A stretch of 64,000 bases of DNA from Magallana gigas (lineage: Eukaryota): the NCBI RefSeq assembly GCF_963853765.1, contig NC_088856.1, forward strand, positions 2,852,001-2,916,000, read 5' to 3'. The position numbers and the translations under genes are program-made. Under the pieces are notes generated by a model. That model saw only the letters and a list, made by a program, of their open reading frames with translations. It did no database searches and was not told the DNA's origin. Below are positions 54,087 through 64,000 of the stretch, piece by piece. Position 1 is the stretch's first letter. The number at the start of each line of letters is the position of its first letter.

Positions 54087-57000
54087 ATGAACCATCGATT
54101 GTAAGTTTGTGCTTTGATACGCTATGATATCCAGTAAATGTTTTAAAGTTTATCATTAAATGTTTATGATATAGTATCTTAGGCATCTAAATATTGAAAT
54201 TTTTTTGTTGTTTTGATCAAGCATGCTCTTAAAAAATATTTTTATTTATTTGATCGTCTGCTTAAATGTCCAATTTTCAGTTCAGGCATGTCAAAGTATT
54301 TTATATTATATTACGTACCGTGTTTTCATGTTGTAAATGTGATGAAAATATTAAAAAACAACCTGATCTCTTAGATTGGAAGGCGTACTACTCTGATAAG
54401 TTAGATTAAAACTACACTGACTTTTTATAGTTTTATCATTTATAATAAAAAAGTTTTCCACGTCGTACATTTGGAAATGAAGGCGATTTTTTAATATTTT
54501 CAGTGATGGATTCAAGGTGAAGGACAATGATGAAGGAATCAGTGTCACATGTGATAAGTATGGGAACAAGTTCCAAAAAGAGTTTCATCGTATGTGGAAA
54601 GAACAAATCCTATGTGATGCTACCATAATGGTGAGTAATTCTTGATAGATAATGAAATTATTCTTAAATTGCTATGTGCCGGTAGATATTTAAAAGTTTA
54701 TTATTAAAGAGAAAAGAATGTGAATGATTATTCAGTCATATAACAGATATATTGTCGCTGCCAAATGTCTCAGTTAGTTGTACTCTGATTGGATAACATT
54801 TATGAGTCCCTGGTTTGAATCCTAGTCTGGCCTTTCATGTTTTCTCCCATCCTGTTCCACTACAATTGAATATCATTCTCTTTTTCACCAAAGAGCTTAC
54901 CAGTAGTTGATAGAGCTTCTGAATGACAAAAATTAATGATGTTCAAATCCCTGTCTGATGTGTCAATTTTTCTCTCATACTGTTACAATACAATAGATTA
55001 TCAATCTATATCTACTTACAGACGGAGACAGGGGAGGCAATCCCTGTACACAAGGTTGTCCTCTCCATGCACAGTGACTTCTTCAAGGCCATGTTTACCT
55101 CGGGGCTTCAGGAAGCACAGGTCTCCAACCCGTCAATCAAACTCACCGAACACCCCGCAGACATCGTGAAGGGCATCTTAAAGTTCATGTACACAGGCTG
55201 TTTACCAGGTATACTAGAGTTTAAAATCTTTCTGGAGTTTAAGCTCAGCAGTTATAGAATCAATACAGCTCTCCGTTATCATAAATAATTTTCCAAAATA
55301 TTGGATTGAATTTAGTGAACAGTTGTATTAATGTCACTCAAATTAGAAAGTGAAATATATCAGTAATCTGTAAACAAGATAAATGCTGTTGTTTAAACAA
55401 TAGAAATTCAATACATTCTTCGGTGATTCTTGAGGGTATGAAGGTAGTGATATTGCAGAAAAAATACTTAACCCTTGTTATTCATAGAGTGTAAATAAAA
55501 TTAACTAAATTACTGTTAACATGTAACAATTAGTGGTTTATTCTTTTTAAAGCCGGTTCTGCTAAATCAAGAACATTGCTAAATGTCATTCATATATGTA
55601 TTAAAATAGGCACATTCAAAGATATGGTAATTCAAATCAATACTAACTTGTTGAAAAATCATTTTCTGTCAAATATCGTAGACGCTAAATATAATACAAA
55701 TCAAGTATTGTACGTTAGATAGAGTAAAATTGGATTTCTTAAGAGATAGAGGAAAAAATACTCAGTAGATGTAAATATGAGATGACTGACATTGTTTTTG
55801 ATGAATTAATAGATTTGAACAGGGAGACTGTTCAAGACTATATCATGCTGATGGACCAGCTACAGATGGTGTCTCTGAAGAATGCCTGCTGCCCATTCAT
55901 GGAGGACAACATTGATACTAACAATTGTCTGGGTAACTAATTAAATTAAATTTAAAAACTCTTTATTTAATATATACATTTTTTTTAAAAACTTTAAAAG
56001 TTTTATATAGCACCAAATAAAATAATTTTTGTGTGTTTTATTTTTGCTAGATATACCATAATGTGGCTATTTCTATACATGCATATGCACAATAAAAATG
56101 AAGAACACAAGTGAGAAAATTACCGGTATCTATTAATTAACGAGTATCTGCTTAAGGCTTATTTTCACTTTTATCACATTAAGGCCTGTTCAGAATTAAG
56201 TACATCTACTTGATTTACCATTCTTTTTCCTAGATGTATGGATATTTGCCCAAAGGTTTTCCTGTGAAGAAATGCAGAGGAAATCTTTGTCTCACATTAA
56301 GCATCAGTTTGGATTTGTTTCTTGCCAAGAAAATTTTCAGCACCTGGAGAGTGAAGCCCTTATATTTCTGCTGAGTCTGGGCGAATTGAACATAAGTATG
56401 TACATATAATCACTCATGTACTGGTACACAGAGGGTTGAGATAGAGTACTTTTACTCTATAGTTATACTGTGGTTTCAGTAATATTCAAGGGTATCAATT
56501 TTCGTGGATAAAGTAAAAATTACAGTTTCAAGGATACGTAAATTCATGGTCAGTCACCCTATCAATACAAATTGTTAGTAGAAATTGCACTTCAATAAAC
56601 ATTTAATTTCATTGATAAACGTAACGACGAAATCCACGAAAATTAGTATTCAACGAATATTGATGAAACCACAGTAACTTTCACAAGAACTAATGACCAT
56701 TAATCCTTTATGATATTGTCAAGTAAAAAACTACATAACATAAGGGAAATTCACATAAGTTTGATGAAGTGGTACGCTGTCATAAAACTCATTGGAAAAG
56801 ACACAAATTCATCAAGATAAAAGAAGCATGGAATGAATATCAAATATTGTTTATTTCAATAAGTTTTGTTGAAAAAAACTTTAAAAATTTCAATTTTATT
56901 CAAAATTCATATAGTGCTATGGAGTCCATATAACTTTAGCCCTATTTTTGTGTCTGGTTTTTCAGGTGGTGAGGGGGTGATATTGGACTCTGTGTGTGGA

Positions 57001-60000
57001 TGGCTGGAGAACCACCAAGGAGCAAGCACTGAAACCATCTGGGACATACTGAAGTGTGTCCGCTACAACCAACTCACAGAAAAGGAAATCACTGAGTTTT
57101 CTGATCGAGTCTTCCAAGGAATGCCAGACCAACGGAAAGGTAAGAGCTTGTAGTCTAATCCCAGAAATCTGGACTGTAGTGTAGATCAATTTAATAAAGA
57201 TTATCATTTTTTGTGTTTCATTCAGAATTTCAGAACTACATCCAGCAGTACAGAGCTGATGTACAAGATAAACCTCGAAATGAAAGAAAACATATTTATG
57301 TGATTGGAGGGTACTTCCAGTCAAGAACTGGGTCAGTATAGGGATAGATACATGATCATTGGAATTTCTTGTGGCTTAATTTTGATATATTTAGCAGAAA
57401 CCCCTTACCCTTCAGAACAGTCGAAGTTGTAAAATGATTTGAATTTACATGTAATACGCACTTTTAAATCATAACCCCCAAAAGAATATTACATATACTA
57501 CAATATTGATAAGCCATATGGAAAGGAAACAAATTGTTTTGATTGCCTTAACGAAAATATTTTGGTATCAAGTACCGGTACAAATTTTTTCAGCCCCTGC
57601 TCTCCACGCCTTCAAACTGTGGAACAATATGACGTCATAGAGGACACCTGGAGAAGCACAACCCAGTTCCCCGTGCTGGCCTCATCCCTGTACGCTGTGG
57701 AAATGTTCGGGAAACTTGTGTGTTTTACTTCCTACTCGACTGGCTTCATTGCAGCCTTTGAATATGACCCTATTCAGCTCAAATGGAGGAACTGTTCCAC
57801 TGAATTTCCTGAGAGTGTTTTGAAGACCATTCAGGAGTGTTTTAAGGAGACGGGTGCCCTGTGTTACTGTGAGGAGTCTAGCATGTTGTATGTGCTATGT
57901 AACAATAACACTTACGCCTACAGAATCGTCTGTGATAGCGGGGACTTCAGTGTGGGTGCCACTCAGTGCTGGAGGTACCCAATGAACCCGTCTCTGGCGT
58001 CATTTGCCACGGTAACCTTGGATAAAGATCTGTACGTCATTGGCGGGGAGGAGCGGCTATCTGTAAGGGACGTAACTCAGGTCAATGACGTCATGCGATG
58101 TAATGTCCAATGTCATGAGTGGACACAGGTCACGCCTATGTTGGAACCCAGAGCAAGCTTTGATGCTGTTAACTTTGGTAGTATATCTCATCTTTTTAAT
58201 ATTTTCATTATCAACAAAGTGTGCCCCATTTTCAAAGGTAAAAGTTTTCAGCAATCAATATTTTTTTAGCTCACCTGATCAGGAAAGCTCAAGTGAGCTT
58301 TTCTGATCACTTTTTGTCTGGCGTCCTTCTGTCCGTCCGTCTGTCTGTTAACTTTTTACATTTTCGACTTCTTCTCCTGAATCACTAGGCCAATTTCAAA
58401 CAAACTTGGCACAAAGCATCATTAGGTAAAGGGGATTCAAGTTTGTTAAAATAAATTTTAAGGGGAAATAATTAGGATTTCTTGAAAATTTGGTGATATT
58501 TTTCAAAAATCTTCTTCTCAAAAACCATTTGGCCAGAAAAGCTGAAAGTTGTGTGGAAGCATCCTCAGATAGTGTAGATTCAAGATTGCTCAAATCATGG
58601 TCCCTGGGGCAAGATGGGGTCACAATGAGGGGTCAGATTTTTTACATAGGAATATAAAGAGAATCTTTTAAAAAATCTTCTACTCAGAACACAACTGGCC
58701 AGAAAAGCTGTAACCTGTGTGAAGTATCATCAGGTAGGGTAGATTCAAGTTTGGTCAAATTATGATCCCCGGGGGTAGGGTAGGGGCACAATTGGGACCA
58801 GTTAAATCTTTACAAAGGAATATATTGAGAAAAAAAGTTTTCGTTAAAAAGAAAATTTCTTAGAAAAGGTGCAACATTAGTGAAAGCAACATTAGATAGT
58901 GTAGATTCAAATTTGTCAAAATCATATTTTTCAGGAGTAGGATGGAGCCACATGGGGGGGGGGGTCCAATTTTACAAAAGAAAACTGTTTAAATTCACCA
59001 AAATTCAATCGTAAAATATATGATTTAACTTTTATGCAAGTATTTTGACATATTTTTGATTCTTTAAAATTGTTTAGACTTTGGCCTCTGGACAATTCTT
59101 GGGCTTCACAAGTTTGATGTAGGTTTATATCCCATTTGATTTAGATCTTCTTGAGAGCTGTAATGCTCAATATGTGAAATGACTATACTGTTACAAAAAG
59201 GGATCAATGATAACAGAATATCCAGGAAAAAATTTGATTTTTTTTATATACAGGATCTGTTAGACTACATGTCCATATTTTTTTTTTGTATATTACTCTG
59301 TAAAGCTTATTTTATAATGCCTATTGTTGCTCAGGTGAGCAATGTGGCCCATGGGCCTCTTGTTTGAAGTTGAACTGGGAGTGGCTTCATATGATGAAGT
59401 TTAACTTACTTTAAACAGTGAAACTTCCGTGTAACTTACTGTAAATTCCTTATTTTATGATTTCGCTGTTTTGTATCAAATCTCAAGAATATAAAGTCGC
59501 AATCATCAATTTTTTTGTTATAGTTTCCTATAGTTCAAACCTGTCTAAAAAATAAAAGCGAGACTAAAATCAGCGAGGGTTGCTTCTCGCGATTTTAGGC
59601 GGAAATTAATTCCTCAATTTTAATTAGGAATCTACAGTATTGTTGATTTATTGAAAACTATTTTAAAATTAATGTGTGGAATCAAAATGGAAATTTGACA
59701 TATGTCGCTATTTTGTACATTTACAGCTGTTGGTATTTTTGTACAGGTGTTGCTATATTTGTGCAATTGTTGTGTTTGAACAGGTGTTGCTGTCTTTGTA
59801 AAGATGTTGCTATTTTTGTACAAATATTTTGATAACTGTTCAGATGTTGCAATCTTTGTAAAATTAATTTTAACTTTGTACAAATGTTGCTAACTTGCTA
59901 TCTTTGTACAGATATTGCTATCTTTGTACAGATGATTTGGTATATTTGTACAGATGTTGCTTTTTTGGTACATACAGATGATGCTTTCTTTGTACAGTTC

Positions 60001-62557
60001 TTGGTTTTGTTGTACAGATGTTGCTCTCTTTGTACAGTTCTTGGTTTTGTTGTACAGATGTTGCTCTCTTTGTACAGTTCTTGGTTTTGTTGTACAGATG
60101 ATGCTCTCTTTGTAAAGTTCTTGGTTTTGTTGTACAGATGATGCTTTCTTTGTAAAGTTCTTGGTTTTGTTGTACAGATGTTGTAGTGTTTGTACTGATG
60201 TTGGTAGGGATGGGACGATCCACCGATGCACCGGTGCATCACGATATTTATTTTGACGATATTTAAATCGATACATTTACCATTAATACAACGATACCTA
60301 AGCGAACTTTTTTTCATTTTCCAAAAATATCCGAGCTTCAAATATCGGCTTTTTTTAGTCCGCGCGCCTAAATATGAAAGTACAAAGATGGCGGAAAACC
60401 TCGTAAAGTTGTCAAAACTGTTAGGAAGCTAAATCTGGAGTGTGGACAACTTTTGGATTACTTGTTTATGAAAAAGTAGAGTATATGAGACTAAAGTAAT
60501 TTGTAAATTGTGCAACGCTCATTTTAAATAAATCAAAATAACTTTGGACATGCGGTAATACATCGACAGATTGAATAAATTTTTAACCCTTATTCATGTT
60601 TTCATTTAGTTGCAATGTATCGTGATATGTATCGTATCGCATATCATGTCTCGTGATATGTACCGAATCGGCTCAGTACAGTATCGTCCCAGCCCTAGAT
60701 GTTGGTATCTTTTTCAGTGGATGCTATATTTGTACAGATGTTGCTGTCTTTGTACATATGTTGCTATCATTGGACAGATATGTTGATATCTGAGCACAGA
60801 TATTGATATCTTTGCACAGATCTAGATGTAGTATCATGTATATGTTGTTGTCCTTGTACAGATTTCAGTATATGTGAGGTGATATCTTGTACAGATTTCA
60901 GTATATGTTGTTGTCCTTGTACAGATTTCAGTATATGTGTGGTGATATCTTGTACAGATTTCAGTATATGTGTGGTGATATACAGATTTCAGTATATGTG
61001 TGGTGATTTCTTTATACAGATATCAGTATATGTGTGGTGATATCTTGTACAGATTTCAGTATATGTGTGGTGATATACAGATTTCAGTATATGTGTGGTG
61101 ATATCTTTATACAGATTTCAGTATATGTGTGGTGATATCTTGTACAGTTTTCAGTATATGTGTGGTGATGTCTTTGTACAGATTTCAGTATATGTGGGGT
61201 GATATCTTGTACAGATACTTGTATATTTTAGATGTTGTTATCTTATTACAGATGGCAGGATCTACGTTGTGGGCGGGTTTAACTCACGGAGACTACGCAC
61301 TGCTGAGATGTTCTCCTCAGTGACCGGTCAGTGGACCTCAGTGTGCTGTATGAACAAAGAGAGGAGCCACCTCAAGGCAGCTGTACTGTCAAACAAGCTG
61401 TATGTCATTGGAGGTATGTTATACAATGTATGTTTCTATGTCATTGGAGATATGTCAGACTATGTTTTATATAATTAGAGGTATGTCAGACTATGTATGT
61501 TTTATATCATTGGTGGTATGTCAGAATTTGTATGAATCTACATGTATGTCATTGGAGGTATGTCAGACTATGTATCTATGTCGTTGGAGGTATATCAGAC
61601 TATGTTTCTATGTCATTGGAGGTATATCAGACTTTGTATGTATTTTTGTCATTGGAGGTATGTCAGACTATGAATCTATGTCATTGGAGGTATGTCAGAC
61701 TATGCCTGGTTTTATATCATTGGAGGTATGTCAGATTATGTTTGTTTCTATGTCACTGGAGACATGTCTAAAGTATGTTTTCTAAGACATCAAACACCAT
61801 AACGATCAAGTATGGCATAATAAACATACCAGGTTGTAAAAACCATCAGCTGTGCTTTCAATTTATCGTGATGTACCGTTTTGTGTAGTGTGTATTTTAG
61901 AGACTTAAAGGTCAATTTGAGCCCAAGAACTATAGGTTGACCCCCTGTCTTTTGGGTTGGGCCCATGCGAGTGAGTTTCCCTTATCTCTTGGCGCCCTTG
62001 CCCTTGGTGACAAATTTTTTTTTTTTTTTTTGGAGATGTCACACTTTGACAAGGTTTTGACAAAATAACTATATCTGAGTAATAAACAGCGGTGTCTGGT
62101 AATCATGGTGTTATGTATTTTGAAAAAAGTTGTTTAATCTAATGTTTGCTTTACGTTTAAAAGAAAACCGCTTAACTTTGACATGAAAGTAAGTTCTAAG
62201 AGCACAAACAGTGTAAAATACCCTTTCTTTTCCCCATATCAATATTGATATATATGCAAAACTATTATGAAATAATCTACTTGTAAAATATTTTTGTCAC
62301 CATAGAATGCCTGTTATTTTAGACGAGGGATTGTCTTGTGATTTGTTCGGGACATTTGTTTACTTGGCTGCTGTATTACTTTTTACAGTCGGTAATGACA
62401 CCTTTCTTATTTTACAGGTAAATCATATTCACGGTTTGAGGGTGGGGCCCGTAAGGTGTTGAGCTCTGTGGAGGTGTACGATCCGTACACAGACACCTGG
62501 TCCTTTGTACAACCCATGCTACAGAGCAGGTGCATGTTTGGTGCTGTGGTTCATTAG
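54087..62557 (+). CDS. Kelch-like protein (BTB-BACK-Kelch, KLHL family), 591 aa; ortholog not identified
   Basis: Exons 54087-54100, 54504-54630, 55022-55208, 55813-55932, 56234-56395, 56966-57139, 57226-57331, 57594-58177, 61252-61413, 62418-62557, phase-consistent (1776 nt). BTB (LCDATI..HKVVLS..SDFFKAMFTSGL.E), BACK (NCL.V..A), Kelch (YVIGG, VE.YD..W). Confidence 0.92.
54757..54862 (+). mobile_element. Degenerate tRNA-derived SINE in the kelch gene, intron 2
   Basis: A-box-like TGTCTCAGTTAG, B-box-like GGTTTGAATCC, followed by a TTTTCTCCCATCCTGTT tail. Confidence 0.45.
58264..59364 (+). mobile_element. Non-autonomous Helentron/HINE with ~3 central ~166-bp satellite units
   Basis: 5' TTTAGCTCACCTGA and subterminal inverse TCAGGTGAGC, a (GTCC/GTCT)n tract, 3' palindrome GGCCCATGGGCC. 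AGTGTAGATTCAA-type motifs recur at ~58571, ~58737 and ~58899. Confidence 0.88.
59700..61215. repeat. Compound TGTACAGAT-based minisatellite (20-, 40- and 33/28-bp units) in the kelch gene, intron 8
   Basis: 40-bp period at 60001/60041/60081/60121/60161. 33-bp unit TACAGATTTCAGTATATGTGTGGTGATATCTTG at 60820-61215. Confidence 0.92.
60205..60697. mobile_element. 493-bp hAT MITE inserted in the minisatellite
   Basis: TIR TAGGG(A/C)TGGGACGAT. 8-bp TSD GATGTTGG at 60197-60204 and 60698-60705. Confidence 0.93.
61400..61775 (+). repeat. 32-42-bp tandem array starting in the last codons of kelch exon 9
   Basis: ~11 copies of TATGTCATTGGAGGTATGTCAGAC, counting the exonic copy. Confidence 0.92.
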
Positions 62558-63244
62558 TATGAGCACACCAGAGCGAATGACAATTAGAGCAACCTGTAAA
62601 CCAACCCGAGCTGGACTCGGGTTGAGGGATAATATTTACATGCACATACATATCACACATCAATTTGATATGATTGTTGTAATGATTTTATTGGCTATTC
62701 ATGTATCGTTTGATTCAGTGAGAAATTTCTGTGGAATCTCAAGCTGCTGGCCAAATAATCCTTGAAATCACTTGTTGCAATTGCGTTTGAATATTTTGAC
62801 AACAAACTGTTCAGTTTTGGGTCAGGAGGGATGAAACTGTGAAAAAATAATGCTTACTGCCATTTCTCTTTAATGAAATTAAACAAGGGTTGGACCAAAA
62901 CACGGCAAATGAAGTTGCTCTCTTTTAGACCAAATGCATTTTGGCAGGAAGCATGTACAGCGTTGCTTAAATCAAATCATCATGTACTTGTAATGCATGA
63001 ACTTTCACATTGACGAATCACCACAATGAGACATAATGCCATATCGACGCTTTGATATAGCAATAAACACTCGGAAGTGTGAAATATTTTCCTGAAATAT
63101 TTTCTTAAATGGAGGCCCATTATATATTACATATTCGTGAATATAACACGTGGTAATTCAGTAGTAGGTCACGTGTACACCGTACTGTCCACAAACGTCC
63201 AGCGGGCACCCAGTCACCACCGACGCCCACATCGTGCACTGTCG

Positions 63245-63404
63245 TGCTATGAGATCGTGCAGTTGGCCTTGTCCCGTATAGCGGCGTTGTTCTTTGTCGT
63301 GCTAGGAGATCTTGCAGTTGGCCTTGTTCCGTATAGCGGTGTTGTTCTTTGTCGTGTTAGGAGATCGTGCAGTTGGCCTTGTCCCGTATAGCGGCGTTGT
63401 TCTT
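63245..63404 (-). repeat. 55-bp tandem triplication of the C-terminal codons and stop
   Basis: GAGATC recurs at 63251, 63306 and 63361. Confidence 0.93.
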
Positions 63405-63500
63405 GCGTTTGTCCACCACGTTCCTTTTGTAGGACTCCAGCAGCGCCAGAATCTCCATGTGGTTATTCTCCTCGGCTATGGAGTACGGGGTCTTTCCGGC
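63357..63500 (-). CDS. Terminal exon of an ankyrin-repeat protein ending in CaaX (CTIS); upstream exons lie further right, probably beyond the window
   Basis: Acceptor TTTATAG| then AGKTPYSIAEENNHMEILALLESYKRNVVDKRKNNAAIRDKANCTIS*. GKTP..IA....H.EI..LL matches the ankyrin consensus. Confidence 0.75.
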   Translation of the reverse strand, partial: AGKTPYSIAEENNHMEILALLESYKRNVVDKRKNNAAIRDKANCTIS

Positions 63501-64000
63501 CTATAAACATATCCAGATAGAATGGAATTTAAAAAGAAAGATGGAGGAATCGTTATCGAAAAGTTATTAATGTGAATTCATGCTCGTGGTATTTGTCACT
63601 TATTGCCAGTTTAAATTTATTTACATTTCTGAAAACAAAAAGACGAAATTCCCTTGCTTGTGTACAGAAACTGCTAAATATTGTATCAGTGGTGTTCAAA
63701 AACTACCGTACTGTATAACTCGAAATATAATCGTATTATATAACTCCAATACAACCATTTGTATCCAAAAAGCAATTTTTTTGTTTCAGGGTGGCAGAAA
63801 CATTACTATTGTCTCTTATAAAAGCAAATTATGTCTAATTTATTACCCGAATAAAATATATTGTACATGTGTTCTGTCTTCCTTGAAAACTCGTGATTTG
63901 AATAAAGATTATACAAGACTTGAAAACCCACTGAATTTGATTATAAAATATGATATGATAATCATATAAAATATTCAAAATGTATGGTTTAGAGAATATC

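Noticed and set aside
59884-60341. Repetitive ORFs on both strands
   Set aside because: Products of the intronic 40-bp minisatellite.
61402-61785. MSLEVCQT / WRYVRL repeat ORFs
   Set aside because: Alternative frames of the donor-site array in intron 9.

Overview
AT-rich, intron-containing eukaryotic DNA, most likely an oyster (Crassostrea/Magallana-type bivalve). That assignment is inferred from Helentron/HINE elements carrying ~166-bp satellite units and from RING-less B-box/NHL paralogs. Host genes reconstructed by hand from splice sites: an SH3-domain exon (-), HMGB (5 exons, 202 aa, -), three tandem B-box/coiled-coil/NHL TRIM-like paralogs (-; one frameshifted, one intact, one with an in-frame coiled-coil deletion), ATP6AP1 (9 exons, 424 aa, -) head-to-head with RPS23 (4 exons, 142 aa, +), a BTB-BACK-Kelch gene (10 exons, 591 aa, +) and the last exon of an ankyrin-repeat gene ending in a CaaX box (-). 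Mobile DNA: one LINE with an uninterrupted APE-RT ORF2 and an esterase-type ORF1, a broken LINE sitting inside a palindromic element, degraded LINE ends, several MITEs with exact TSDs, two Helentrons and several minisatellites. There is a 133-N gap. The most unusual observations are: tandem arrays built from functional exon boundaries (splice acceptor, splice donor, CaaX+stop); tRNA-like Pol III modules inside TTAA-flanked TIR elements; a ~210-bp bidirectional ATP6AP1/RPS23 promoter with CLEAR and TCTCGCGA motifs; and an in-frame ORF1-TAG-ORF2 LINE junction. No prokaryotic or CRISPR features were found. All family assignments come from recognised motifs; no database searches were run.
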